64,000 bases of DNA, taken from the NCBI GenBank assembly GCA_963703315.1, contig OY969811.1:96001-160000 (forward strand). The letters run 5' to 3'. Under the pieces are notes generated by a model, which made no database searches, had not been told where the DNA came from, and worked only from the letters and a program-made list of their open reading frames with translations. This DNA is from an uncultured cyanobacterium. GTDB lineage: Bacteria > Cyanobacteriota > Cyanobacteriia > Pseudanabaenales > Pseudanabaenaceae. The translations under genes were made by a program, and so were the position numbers. This document shows positions 20,396 through 30,668 of the stretch, one piece after another (within the stretch, counting starts at the first letter, position 1; the number at the start of each line of letters is the position of its first letter).

Positions 20396-21013
20396 TTACC
20401 TAACTCCCAATAACTTATGGGTTTGGACACTCACCCGCCAATCTGGATGATTTAACACATATTCCAATAATAAATTCTTACTATTAGAAGTATTCCATTC
20501 CGCTTGTAAGTATTTCACTACATCGGTTTGAACTTTCTCAGCATTTTGCTCCGCCCAGATAAAATCTGATTCGTCTTTAACGATTACTTTTAATTCACTA
20601 ACTTGTTGATAGATACTTGCATGGGGATGTTTAAATTGCTTCGGTGAGAAGGTGACCCAATCAAAGTTACCACTAAAGGGATGGGAACCTGATGTCTCTA
20701 AATGCACTCGTAATCCTTTTGCTTTTAACTGTCCTGTTAGTTCTGTTAAATCATGCATTAATGGTTCTCCACCCGTAATCACCACGATCGCAGGATGAGC
20801 ATTTACAGCTTCGTTAACAAGATCGGCGATCGCAATTTCAGGATGTCTTTTGACATTCCAAGAAATTTTTGTATCGCACCAAGGACAACCGACATCACAT
20901 CCTGCAAGGCGAATAAAAAAAGCATTTGCTCCCATCCATGCGCCTTCTCCCTGCACTGAGTGGAAAGTTTCTACAACTGGTAAGTGCGTTAAAAAATGAT
21001 TAGATTGCTCCAT
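20396..21013 (-). CDS. queE: 7-carboxy-7-deazaguanine synthase (radical SAM)
   Basis: [25 protein letters not shown] and SVQTHK. Confidence 0.95.
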   Translation of the reverse strand: MEQSNHFLTHLPVVETFHSVQGEGAWMGANAFFIRLAGCDVGCPWCDTKISWNVKRHPEIAIADLVNEAVNAHPAIVVITGGEPLMHDLTELTGQLKAKGLRVHLETSGSHPFSGNFDWVTFSPKQFKHPHASIYQQVSELKVIVKDESDFIWAEQNAEKVQTDVVKYLQAEWNTSNSKNLLLEYVLNHPDWRVSVQTHKLLGVR

Positions 21014-21038
21014 TACTCTCCTAAATTTAAAGCAAAAT

Positions 21039-21066
21039 ATAGGGACAATTCATGAATTGTCCCTAC
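21039..21066 (-). repeat. GTAG-type REP-like palindrome
   Basis: Minus strand GTAGGGACAATTCATGAATTGTCCCTAT; related copy at 60009. Confidence 0.7.
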
Positions 21067-21121
21067 GATGAAATGCAGGTTGCAACAGATTCTTACATCA
21101 GTCCTACATTAATCAAGTGGA

Positions 21122-22807
21122 TTAGAACAGATCTAAATCCGTCACAGCACCTTTGCTGCTAGTGGAAACAAGGGTAGCGTATTTAGCCAAAACACCTTTG
21201 GTGTAACGAGGTGCAGGAGGCTGCCAATTTGCACGGCGGGCAGCAAGCTCCTCATCGCTGACATTAAGTTGAATCAAGCGCTGATGAGCATCAATCGTAA
21301 TCGAGTCACCTTCATTTACTAAGGCGATCGCCCCACCAACAAAAGCTTCAGGAGCAACGTGACCGACCACCATGCCATAGGTTCCACCAGAGAAACGTCC
21401 ATCGGTGATTAAGCCAACCGAATCGCCTAAACCCGCACCGATAATTGCACTAGTTGGCGCTAACATTTCGCGCATCCCCGGTCCACCTTTAGGACCTTCA
21501 TAACGGATTACGAGAATGTCACCTGCATTAATCTTGTTATCAAGAATCGCCGCAAGGGAATCTTCTTCTGATTCAAAAACACGGGCAGGACCAGTGATGA
21601 TCGGATTCTTCACGCCAGAGATTTTGGCAACGGCTCCTTCTTCAGCAAGATTGCCTCTCAGAACGGCGAGATGTCCTTGCTTGTACATCGGACGATCCCA
21701 AGGACGGATCACATCTTGATCGGCGCGAGGCTCCGCAGGAATATCTTTGAGAACTTCCTCAACGGTTTGACCTGTGATCGTGATGCAGTCGCCATGTAAT
21801 AAGCCATGATCTAACAACATCTTCATGACTTGAGGAATACCACCTGCTTTATGGAGGTCAGTAGCAACATACTTTCCTGATGGCTTAAGGTCACAGAGTA
21901 CAGGAACACGCTCACGGATACGCTCGAAATCATCAAGGTTCCATTCAACTTCTGCGGAATGGGCGATCGCTAAGAAGTGTAAGACTGCATTTGTCGAACC
22001 ACCAACTGCCATCACAACGGAAATTGCATTTTCGATAGACTTACGAGTGATGATGTCGCGAGGCAGTAAATTATTACGAATTGCATTTACCAAAACAGTG
22101 CCAGCCAGTTCAGTATTAACTGCTTTTTCAGGAGCAACGGCGGACATCGTGGAGGAATACATCAAACTCATGCCCATTGCTTCAAAGGCGGAAGACATGG
22201 TGTTTGCCGTGTACATCCCTCCGCAAGAGCCAGCCCCAGGACAAGCATTGCGCTCAACTGAGTTGAGTCTGACTTCATCAATGCGACCTGCGCTATATTG
22301 ACCAACAGCTTCAAAGGAACTAACGACAGTCAAATCTTCGCCATCAAGATGCCCTGGTTCGATCGTACCGCCATAGACAAATAATGCGGGAATGTTCATT
22401 CTTGCCATCGCGATCATCGCCCCTGGCATATTCTTGTCACAGCCACCGATCGCTAAAACGCCATCCATGCTCTGACCAGTACAGGCAGTTTCAATGGAGT
22501 CTGCAATCACGTCACGGGAGACGAGGGAATATTTCATCCCCTCAGTTCCCATCGAAATCCCATCGCTGATCGTGATTGTGCCGAAAACTTGAGGCATCCC
22601 ATTAGCAGCGCGAATTCCTGCTTCAGCGCGGACGGCTAAGGGTGCAATCCCCATATTGCAAGGGGTAATCGTGCTGTGGGCGCTAGCGACACCGACAATG
22701 GGTTTTGTAAAATCTGAGTCTTGGAAACCAACGGCGCGTAACATGGCGCGGTTAGGCGATCGCTGAACGCCTTCGGTAATTGCACGACTTCTGCGATTGT
22801 CGGACAT
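21122..22807 (-). CDS. ilvD: Dihydroxy-acid dehydratase
   Basis: [28 protein letters not shown] and TDGRFSG. Confidence 0.98.
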   Translation of the reverse strand: MSDNRRSRAITEGVQRSPNRAMLRAVGFQDSDFTKPIVGVASAHSTITPCNMGIAPLAVRAEAGIRAANGMPQVFGTITISDGISMGTEGMKYSLVSRDVIADSIETACTGQSMDGVLAIGGCDKNMPGAMIAMARMNIPALFVYGGTIEPGHLDGEDLTVVSSFEAVGQYSAGRIDEVRLNSVERNACPGAGSCGGMYTANTMSSAFEAMGMSLMYSSTMSAVAPEKAVNTELAGTVLVNAIRNNLLPRDIITRKSIENAISVVMAVGGSTNAVLHFLAIAHSAEVEWNLDDFERIRERVPVLCDLKPSGKYVATDLHKAGGIPQVMKMLLDHGLLHGDCITITGQTVEEVLKDIPAEPRADQDVIRPWDRPMYKQGHLAVLRGNLAEEGAVAKISGVKNPIITGPARVFESEEDSLAAILDNKINAGDILVIRYEGPKGGPGMREMLAPTSAIIGAGLGDSVGLITDGRFSGGTYGMVVGHVAPEAFVGGAIALVNEGDSITIDAHQRLIQLNVSDEELAARRANWQPPAPRYTKGVLAKYATLVSTSSKGAVTDLDLF

Positions 22808-22990
22808 AGTTCAAATCTCTTTGTTAGCTTTAATCAACTACAACATTTTAGAATTTTTAGGTGACCATATCGCCAAACACCAATTTTTTGTGGCGCGGCT
22901 TTGCCGCGCCACAAAAAATTGGTTCCTTATTGAGTGAGGTTAGGATGAGCATTCATCCTAACCTCAATAACTAGGAAGGTTTAATTATTT

Positions 22991-23065
22991 GTAGGATGCG
23001 TTAGTGCAACGTAACGCATCAATTGGGTAAAGATGATGGGTTACGCTATCGCTAACCCATCCTAC
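22991..23065. repeat. REPIN-like inverted doublet of GTAG REP palindromes
   Basis: GTAG-GATGCGTTA..TAACGCATC ... GATGGGTTA..TAACCCATC-CTAC; second copy at 63717-63792. Confidence 0.8.
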
Positions 23066-23133
23066 ATTTAATTTCAACAACCTACTTAAAAGCTATCATT
23101 TAGGGACGCGCAGTAAAATAAAGAACTCTTAGT

Positions 23134-25446
23134 TTGCTTAATATGTCCTTAACAAATTGGCACATTTTAGAAGCAGTTGAACCGCCGACTTGGTTAAATG
23201 AAAAAGTGGGCAAATTTGCAGCACGGTTACTTGTGCAAAGGGAAATAATTGAGCCTAAACAAGTAGCATCTTTTTTATCTGCCGTAGACTATCAACCCAC
23301 TAGTGCTTTTGAATTTCCTGAAATGCGTCAGGCGATCGCTCGCATCCAACAGGCTTATGAACAGGGAGAACAGATTGCGATTTGGGGGGATTTTGATGCA
23401 GATGGGATTACGGCAACATCAGTATTGTGGGAAGGCTTAGGACAATTTTTTGCTCAAGGCGATCGCTTAGTTTTCTATATTCCCGATCGCCTTAAGGAAT
23501 CACATGGCATTTCGATTAGAGGCTTAGATGAACTGCGATCGCAATATGAAGCATCAGGAAAAAATCTAAATCTCATTATTACCTGCGATACGGGTAGTAC
23601 TAGTTTAGAGGCGATTAATTATGCCCATGAACTAGGAATCGATGTCATTGTGACGGATCATCACACCCTACCCGATGAACGTCCAAACGTAGTGGCAATT
23701 ATTAATCCGCGCTATTTAGCTAATGCACATCCATTGTTCCATTTATCAGGTGTCGCTGTTGCGTATAAATTAATGGAAGCCCTCTATGAAACTCTTCCTG
23801 AAGTACCGAAGCAACCCTTAGAGGATTTATTGGATCTAGTGGCAATCGGTTTAGTTGCCGATCTAGTCAGGCTGACGGGAGACTGTCGCTATCTTGCTCA
23901 AAAGGGAATTGATGTACTACGGCAAAAGAAGCGGCTGGGTGTACAAATGCTATTAGATCAATGTAAACGAGTTGGCGATCGCCCGATTGATATTAGTTTT
24001 GGCATTGCCCCGCGTATTAATGCGGTCAGTCGCATCTGGGGCGATGTCCGCAAATGTGTGGAACTCCTCACCACCCGTGATGAAAAGGTTTGCAAGTCAC
24101 TGATTGAACAAACGGAACTAGCGAATACACAGCGTAAAGCTTTACAAAAGAAAGTTTTTAAACAGGTACAAGCCAAAATTGAGAAGCTCGATCTTTCCAC
24201 AACAGGCATTATTCTGCTGGCTGATCCACAATGGTCGGTGGGCGTTTTGGGCTTAGTGGCTGGTCAGGTAGTTGCAGAATATGGTCGTCCAACAATTCTC
24301 TGTACAGTTGAGGATGGTGTCGCTAAGGGCAGTGCGCGATCACTGGAGGGGATTAATCTCTATGATCTGCTGAAAGGTCAGGAACATTTACTATTGAGCT
24401 TCGGTGGTCATCCCCTCGCAGGTGGTCTAAGTTTTCAGATGGAGAATTTGCAAGTCTTAACTGAGGCGATCGATCAGAGGTTTTGGAGTCAATATGGACA
24501 GTTGCAGAGCAAGGTAATTAATGTTGATTTGGAAGTGTCAATCTCTGATTTAGACAAAGAATTATTTAACGAATTACGACAATTGGAACCCTTTGGCATG
24601 GGTAATCCTTATCCTCGATTACTATTGCGCGATTGCCAGTTTTCAGATATATCCAATGCGAATATTCGGACTGCCAAAGGACAGAAAGTTGAATATATCA
24701 AAACGGAATTTACCTTAAGCGATCGCCAAGGCAATCAGATCTATGGCGATTGGTGGGGGCATTATAGTTACGAGTTACCTGATACACCCTGCGATGTGGT
24801 GATTGAATTAGTTGATAATGCTTTTCGTCGTCGCTATGATGCTCGTTTGATTGACTTCCACGCTCAGAGCGCACCGCTTAGCGCCGATGCACCTGCGCTG
24901 GCATCGACTTCTATCAAAAGTTCTAAAAGCGCTAATTTCGCGAATCTCCAAATTATTGATTTGCGAGGTCGTGATGCAATGGAACTTGAGGATCATCAAG
25001 CAGCAACTATTTGCGATCGCTGTCCGCAGAGTTGGCAAGATGTCAACCTGATCATTGATCACGCCCATGAAGCTAATCAGGCGATCGCCTTAGTCTATCC
25101 ATATCCTCAAAAGATTAGTGGTGAGGAGGTATGGCAAACTTTGGTGGGAATTGCCAAATATCTTAGTCGGACAGGTAAAGAGATTAGGCGATCGCAGTTA
25201 ATCGCTAAGTTAGGAATTGATGAGCAATCTGTCTTGCAGATTGGGTTTGAGGAGCTGCAACAATATGGCTATGTTGTACATTTTGTTGATGATGAGTTAA
25301 ATAATACAGAAACCAAAATACGCATAAGTTCGATTTTGCCAACCGATCATGTATCAACAATACCTAAGCAGTTTATCCAAGCCGTAAATGAATTGCTTTT
25401 TCAGCAACAGTTTTTTGATTGCCAATTAATTTCACTAAGTGGCTAG
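23134..25446 (+). CDS. recJ: Single-stranded-DNA-specific exonuclease RecJ
   Basis: WGDFDADG, TCDTG, TDHH, ADLV, KGSARS, FGGH and LEPFGMGNP. Confidence 0.95.
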   Translation: MLNMSLTNWHILEAVEPPTWLNEKVGKFAARLLVQREIIEPKQVASFLSAVDYQPTSAFEFPEMRQAIARIQQAYEQGEQIAIWGDFDADGITATSVLWEGLGQFFAQGDRLVFYIPDRLKESHGISIRGLDELRSQYEASGKNLNLIITCDTGSTSLEAINYAHELGIDVIVTDHHTLPDERPNVVAIINPRYLANAHPLFHLSGVAVAYKLMEALYETLPEVPKQPLEDLLDLVAIGLVADLVRLTGDCRYLAQKGIDVLRQKKRLGVQMLLDQCKRVGDRPIDISFGIAPRINAVSRIWGDVRKCVELLTTRDEKVCKSLIEQTELANTQRKALQKKVFKQVQAKIEKLDLSTTGIILLADPQWSVGVLGLVAGQVVAEYGRPTILCTVEDGVAKGSARSLEGINLYDLLKGQEHLLLSFGGHPLAGGLSFQMENLQVLTEAIDQRFWSQYGQLQSKVINVDLEVSISDLDKELFNELRQLEPFGMGNPYPRLLLRDCQFSDISNANIRTAKGQKVEYIKTEFTLSDRQGNQIYGDWWGHYSYELPDTPCDVVIELVDNAFRRRYDARLIDFHAQSAPLSADAPALASTSIKSSKSANFANLQIIDLRGRDAMELEDHQAATICDRCPQSWQDVNLIIDHAHEANQAIALVYPYPQKISGEEVWQTLVGIAKYLSRTGKEIRRSQLIAKLGIDEQSVLQIGFEELQQYGYVVHFVDDELNNTETKIRISSILPTDHVSTIPKQFIQAVNELLFQQQFFDCQLISLSG

Positions 25447-25517
25447 GAGCAAAATAAAAAGCCCAAAAAACTATGGCGCACGCACAGCGTGCGCCCCAGT
25501 TTTTTGGGCTTATATTG
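25436..25517. repeat. Degenerate family A copy overlapping the recJ stop codon
   Basis: TAAGTGGCTAGG..., then the hairpin AGCCCAAAAAAC..GGCGCACGC-ACA-GCGTGCGCC..GTTTTTTGGGCT. Confidence 0.6.
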
Positions 25518-25571
25518 TGAAAACCGCTATAACCGCTATATTTGAATAAGAGTGAGATCAAGGTTTTTTAA

Positions 25572-26111
25572 ATGGCTAAGTTTTACGATCGCATTACGCC
25601 CGAACTCCAAAACTTCATCGAAGCACAACATATTTTCTTTGTGGCAACGGCTCCCCACAATGGGCGCGTCAATCTATCGCCTAAAGGAATGGATGCTTTG
25701 CGCGTGATTAATGAGTCCGAAATTGCCTATCTCGACCTCACAGGAAGCGGCAACGAAACGGCTGCCCATCTTCTCGAAAATGGCAGAATTACGATCATGC
25801 TATGTAGCTTTACGAACAAGCCTTTAATTTTCCGTCTCTATGGTCAAGGTGAAGCAATTCGTCCTAGAGATCCTCAATGGCAAGAATATCTATCCCTATT
25901 TCCTGCGATCGCTGGTACTCGTCAAATCATTCGGGTCAAAGTGGAAACTGTGCAAACATCCTGTGGATATGCAGTCCCATTTTATGAATTTACAGGCGAT
26001 CGACCTACTTTACAGGAATGGGCTGAGAAGAAAGGCGAGGAAGGTGTGTATGCCTATTGGCAAGAAAAAAATCAGCACAGCATTGATGGTTTGCCCACCA
26101 AGCTTCTATAG
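25572..26111 (+). CDS. Pyridoxamine 5'-phosphate oxidase-like FMN-binding family protein
   Basis: FFVATAP, NLSPKG, DLTGSGNET and QTSCGYAVP. Confidence 0.85.
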   Translation: MAKFYDRITPELQNFIEAQHIFFVATAPHNGRVNLSPKGMDALRVINESEIAYLDLTGSGNETAAHLLENGRITIMLCSFTNKPLIFRLYGQGEAIRPRDPQWQEYLSLFPAIAGTRQIIRVKVETVQTSCGYAVPFYEFTGDRPTLQEWAEKKGEEGVYAYWQEKNQHSIDGLPTKLL

Positions 26112-26233
26112 CAATGCAAACTTTAAGTAAGTGAAAATCTACTAATAGCGTAAGGAATAATTTTTGTTGAGCTTTTACCGCTAAATGTGAGTTAAGGTAT
26201 TATCTGACTCAACGTTAAAATAAAAGCATTCTT

Positions 26234-29200
26234 ATGGTGCAAGAACTCAAATTGATCTCTAAAGAGGTCAGATTCCCCGATAGCGCTCCTGCTGCTTATC
26301 CTGTATTTTTTAGGACATATAGCCGTAAATATAATAACAAACGCGAAAGCTGGGCTGAAGTATGCGATCGCACACTTACAGGTTTAAAAAAGCTAGGCAA
26401 GCTCACCGATGAACAAGTTGCGCTGATCGACAAGATGCAAAAGCAGCTTAAGTCCCTCACCTCTGGGCGTTGGCTGTGGGTTGGTGGCACTGAATGGGTT
26501 GATCGTCCCGAAAATTTCTCTGGCTCCTATAACTGCACTAGCACCAATGTGATCGACTGGCGCTCCTTTGGCTTGATGATGGATCTCGCCATGCAAGGAT
26601 CTGGCACTGGTGGCGTATTAGAGCCGCAGTACATTAGCCAATTGCCTGTAATTCGTAATCAGTTGCAAGTAAATGTGGTTGGTGCGATCGGTGCAACACC
26701 TGTTGATCAGCGCCGCCACAATACCGAAGTCGAATTTGACTATGCCAATAATGCCGTCAAGTTTTGGGTCGGCGATAGCCGTCAAGGTTGGGTCAAGTCC
26801 TATCAATCTCTGCTCGAACTCTCTAGTAACGAACAGTTTGATTGTACCAAACCCGTCCAAATTACCGTTGATCTCAGCGATGTGCGCCCCAGTGGTGAAG
26901 CCCTCAAAGGGTTCGGCGGCATGGCAAATCCTGTCAAGTTGCCTACGCTCTACGATCGCTGCGCCAATATTTTAAATAAAGCGATCGGTCGTCAACTCAC
27001 CTCAGTCGAGTGCTGCTTGTTGATTGATGAAGCCGCAGTTTGTATCGTAGCTGGTAACATCCGTCGCAGTGCGGGCATGAGGCAATTTTTGTCTGAAGAT
27101 GCTTTAGGCTCTGTTGCGAAAGATAATCTTTGGCAGCAGGATGAAGCAGGTAATTGGAGAATTGATCCTGAACGTGATGCTTTGAGAATGAGTAATCACA
27201 CGAGAGTATTCCATCGTAAACCCACTGAACAGGAATGTGTAGATGCCGTTCGCAAGCAATACTATTCGGGTGAAGGTGCGATTCAATGGGCGGGTGAAGC
27301 GATTGTTCGTTCCAATGCCGATTTACTATCAACTCCTGAATTAAAAAAACAGTTCTTAAAGGCTTATGAACTCAATGAAGCAAAATCTTGGTTTCAGAAA
27401 AATTATCCTGAGATTGATGAACGTGAACTTGAGCATCGTCTTCAAAGATTTGGTCTGAACCCCTGTCATTCTGGTGATACTTTAGTATCCACCAATCAAG
27501 GTCTTGTCCCGATTTCCGAGCTTGTAGGTCAGCAGTTTCAAGCCCTTGTTGATCTTCGTTCAGTTGGTTTAGAAGGTGTACGACTAACTGATGCGATCGC
27601 TTTCCCCACTGGAGTACAGACAACCTATCAAGTCACACTAGCTAATGGGATGCAAATGCGCTGTACCGCAGAGCATCAACATTTCACAGATAAAGGATGG
27701 ATTGCCACCAAAGACTTAACCGCAGATCACAAAGTTCTGATTCAAAAAGGGCAAGGAAACTTTGGACAAAGTAGTATCTCGGCTGAACAAGCGCAGATGC
27801 TGGGCTGGTTGTATGGTGATGGCTCTATTTATCAGCAGCCTCGCGGTCTAAATGCTGTTTTCTATATTAATCAAACGGAATATGCAGAAACGTTCCCAGT
27901 ATTGAGTGCAGCAGTAAAATCGCTAACTGGTTATGAACATCAGCCAAGTTTGGTCAAAGGTGTTTATACCTTTCACACAGGAGCGCCAGAAATTCGTCAA
28001 TTCTTTGAAGAACTTAAAATCACTTCTAAGCAGAGTTTACCTGCTAGTTTCTTTGGTCAATCTAAAGAAACCATTATCGGATTTTTACAAGGATTGTTCT
28101 GTGCTGATGGTGCTGTAAGTATTAAAGCCCGACATATTGATCTAGTAAGTCAATCCCGTACATTACTAACCCAAATTCAACTGCTCCTATTAAATTTGGG
28201 TATTCGGAGCAGCGTTCGCCAAAAGATTAAGCCTGATTCTTCGGGAATTCCCTATCGTCTAAAAGATGGTACTGAGAAAGTCAGTCAAAATCGGGGTGCT
28301 TGGCGCTTGTTAGTCTATCGTGGTGAAGCCAAAAAGTTTGCAGAACAGATTGGATTTCCTCTTTCATCGGAGAAACAACAAAAATTACAGCAATTTGTTG
28401 ATTGGCAATCATCTCGAACCTATTCTGACAAAGTTCAGGACAGTTGGTTCTCCGCTTCTGTTGAAAGCATTGTAGAATATGGAGAAGAAGCAGTCTATGA
28501 TCTTCATGTTCCTTTAACCCATTCTTTTATTGCTAATGGCTGTATTACTCACAACTGTGGTGAGATTTTAGGGGCGAATTTTCACTGCAATTTATCTGAA
28601 ATTCATCTGAACCAACTCAATCCTCGTAATGAGAAAGAACAGGAAGAAGCCTTTAAAGCAGGTGCTTTGTCGGTTGCAGCTTTGCTCAATCATCGCTTCA
28701 ATGAAGAACGCTATCAATTTAGCCGTGATGTCGATCCGATTGTGGGCGTATCTTTTACAGGACTATTTGACTTCTTCGTTCATGCCTTTGGTGTGGAATG
28801 GTTGCGCTGGTTTGAGGCGGGTCGTCCTGACACTGTGCAAGGTCTAGACTTTAAAGAGAAAGAAGCCGATTATCTGAATCGCTGGCGTGAGATTGTGCAT
28901 CAGACGGTTTGGGAATATTGCGACGCGCATGGTTTACGCCGCCCGAATCGTTGCACGACGACTCAGCCAGCAGGCACGAAATCTTTGCTGACTGGGGCTT
29001 CCCCAGGGTGGCATCCACCGAAGGCACAGCGCTTTATCCGTCGGATTACTTTCCGTAAGGAAGATCCTGTGGCACGGGCTTGTATGGACTATGGCTATAG
29101 CATCATTCCTTCGCAATCGGACAAGGATGAGAATGGACAATTGCTCAACGATCCCTTCGATCCGAGATGTACGGAATGGCTGGTGGAGATTCCTGTGAGC

Positions 29201-29629
29201 GTGTCTTGGGCTGACCTTGACGGTGCTGATAAGGTGGACATCAGTAAGTTCGATGTGATGGCGCAGTTTGATTTCTATATGCAGGTGCAGAAGCATTACA
29301 CTCGTCATAATACTTCCGCAACCTTGGAGTTACGGGAGCATGAAATCGAGCCTTTAGGGAAGAAGATTTACGAAGCGATTCGTGATGATGAGGGTTATAT
29401 ATCGGCGGCGCTGTTGGCGCGTTTTGATGACCTGCAAACTTTCCCTCGCTTGCCTTTTGAGCCAATCGATAAGGCTACTTATGAGAAGCTCACTGCTGAG
29501 GTGCTAGAACGTCGCCAGTCTGATGATTTTTACGCGAGTTTGTTGCGTTATGATTCGGGTGAGTTGATGGATGCGGGGCCTGCGGGTTGCGATTCTGATA
29601 AGTGTATGTTTCCTGAACAGAAGCCATAG
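26234..29629 (+). CDS. nrdJ: Class II (adenosylcobalamin-dependent) ribonucleotide reductase with an intein
   Basis: RTYSR, YNCT, GNIRRSA, GLNP|CGEI split by the intein, CNLSE, QPAGTKSLL and C-terminal CDSDKC. Confidence 0.95.
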   Translation: MVQELKLISKEVRFPDSAPAAYPVFFRTYSRKYNNKRESWAEVCDRTLTGLKKLGKLTDEQVALIDKMQKQLKSLTSGRWLWVGGTEWVDRPENFSGSYNCTSTNVIDWRSFGLMMDLAMQGSGTGGVLEPQYISQLPVIRNQLQVNVVGAIGATPVDQRRHNTEVEFDYANNAVKFWVGDSRQGWVKSYQSLLELSSNEQFDCTKPVQITVDLSDVRPSGEALKGFGGMANPVKLPTLYDRCANILNKAIGRQLTSVECCLLIDEAAVCIVAGNIRRSAGMRQFLSEDALGSVAKDNLWQQDEAGNWRIDPERDALRMSNHTRVFHRKPTEQECVDAVRKQYYSGEGAIQWAGEAIVRSNADLLSTPELKKQFLKAYELNEAKSWFQKNYPEIDERELEHRLQRFGLNPCHSGDTLVSTNQGLVPISELVGQQFQALVDLRSVGLEGVRLTDAIAFPTGVQTTYQVTLANGMQMRCTAEHQHFTDKGWIATKDLTADHKVLIQKGQGNFGQSSISAEQAQMLGWLYGDGSIYQQPRGLNAVFYINQTEYAETFPVLSAAVKSLTGYEHQPSLVKGVYTFHTGAPEIRQFFEELKITSKQSLPASFFGQSKETIIGFLQGLFCADGAVSIKARHIDLVSQSRTLLTQIQLLLLNLGIRSSVRQKIKPDSSGIPYRLKDGTEKVSQNRGAWRLLVYRGEAKKFAEQIGFPLSSEKQQKLQQFVDWQSSRTYSDKVQDSWFSASVESIVEYGEEAVYDLHVPLTHSFIANGCITHNCGEILGANFHCNLSEIHLNQLNPRNEKEQEEAFKAGALSVAALLNHRFNEERYQFSRDVDPIVGVSFTGLFDFFVHAFGVEWLRWFEAGRPDTVQGLDFKEKEADYLNRWREIVHQTVWEYCDAHGLRRPNRCTTTQPAGTKSLLTGASPGWHPPKAQRFIRRITFRKEDPVARACMDYGYSIIPSQSDKDENGQLLNDPFDPRCTEWLVEIPVSVSWADLDGADKVDISKFDVMAQFDFYMQVQKHYTRHNTSATLELREHEIEPLGKKIYEAIRDDEGYISAALLARFDDLQTFPRLPFEPIDKATYEKLTAEVLERRQSDDFYASLLRYDSGELMDAGPAGCDSDKCMFPEQKP
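27464..28555 (+). mobile_element. Intein (364 aa) with a LAGLIDADG homing endonuclease
   Basis: Starts CHSGDTLV right after NP; block B CTAEHQHFT; LGWLYGDG and FLQGLFCADG; ends VYDLHV...ANGCITHN followed by Cys+1 (CGEI). Confidence 0.95.
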
Positions 29630-29655
29630 GAGCGTTCTAACACAATGATTTATTT

Positions 29656-29690
29656 AGGTAATTAGGAAGAAACTTTCTTTCTAATTACCT
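29656..29690 (+). terminator. Hairpin downstream of nrdJ
   Basis: AGGTAATTAG...CTAATTACCT. Confidence 0.45.
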
Positions 29691-29709
29691 GTAAATATAA
29701 ACTTTAGGT

Positions 29710-30603
29710 ATGATGATAAATAACATGATAACTGGCAGAAGAAACCTTTTTAACAGAATTATCTTAGGGTTTAAGCAGAAGCCTCTGAAGTTTTTTTTTA
29801 ATAGCTTTGTAGCTTACGCATCTATTTGGACTATCTTAGAACCTCTTTTAGGTATTGTCCCAGCAGCAGTGCAATATCTTTCTGGAGAGTTAAAATTTGT
29901 TGCGTTACTTTTTATTAGTATTCTAATTGGTTTATACAGAAGCGCTGTTCCAGTAGATTTATCTATACGATATGGAAATTCAGTAATAAAAATTTTATTT
30001 GGTGACTTGTTTGCGTTTGATGGTATTACAGCTATTCCAGTAAGTAGGCATTTTTTTGAAACAGAAGTTGTAACTAGTAGCTTACAACACAAGGTTATTC
30101 AGTCTTTTGTGCAAAGTCAAGAAGGTACAAAAGGTTTTGATGTTTATGAGAAGAGATTATCTCTTGCTCTTGAGAATGAATCATACAAAGAGATCTACAG
30201 AGGTAACACTCAGATTCCAGAGAAATATTATTCACTTGGAGCTAGTGCTGTTCTAGATATAAAAGGTCAAGACTATTTACTATTCGCTCTTACTGAAAGT
30301 GAGTTAAAGGGATATATCCCTAGCGATAATTGTAATGTCTCGAAAATGTGGACTGCCTTAGAAGTTTTTTGGAGGGCAGCAAGAATACATTCACGGGGAA
30401 ATCCAGTAAATATTCCTTTGATTGGAAGTGGTGTTACAGGAATTCGATTAAATCCTCGCCAAATTTTGGAGTTGAATTTACTGGCGATTTCTAACGCGAT
30501 TGAAGAAGCAGGAAAAATTACTACTGAAGAAATTAGAATAATTCTTCACCCTAAATATATTGATATTCTTAATCTAAATGACTTTCAAAGCTTATGGAAA
30601 TAG
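29710..30603 (+). CDS. 2-TM + Macro-domain protein resembling type II Thoeris ThsA (ThsA_Macro/DUF6430-like)
   Basis: Two N-terminal hydrophobic helices (about aa 28-50 and 58-77), then IKILFGDLF, AIPV, YSLG, YLLFAL, ALEVFW and VNIPLIGSG. Confidence 0.75.
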   Translation: MMINNMITGRRNLFNRIILGFKQKPLKFFFNSFVAYASIWTILEPLLGIVPAAVQYLSGELKFVALLFISILIGLYRSAVPVDLSIRYGNSVIKILFGDLFAFDGITAIPVSRHFFETEVVTSSLQHKVIQSFVQSQEGTKGFDVYEKRLSLALENESYKEIYRGNTQIPEKYYSLGASAVLDIKGQDYLLFALTESELKGYIPSDNCNVSKMWTALEVFWRAARIHSRGNPVNIPLIGSGVTGIRLNPRQILELNLLAISNAIEEAGKITTEEIRIILHPKYIDILNLNDFQSLWK

Positions 30604-30668
30604 TTTCATAATATTTCTTGCATCTAGTTTTGTTTTTTGTAACTCATTCAAAATCTTGGTAAATATAT

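Noticed and set aside
19710..21013. queE-queC as a 7-deazaguanine DNA-modification (Dpd) system
   Set aside because: No dpdA/tgt-like gene nearby, and the context is housekeeping; it fits ordinary queuosine synthesis.
26177..26193. Possible NrdR box (ACCGCTAAATGTGAG) upstream of nrdJ
   Set aside because: Only a partial match and no clear second box.
28860..29629. 3' part of nrdJ looks GC-richer, possibly mosaic
   Set aside because: Impression by eye only; needs a computed GC3 or recombination test.
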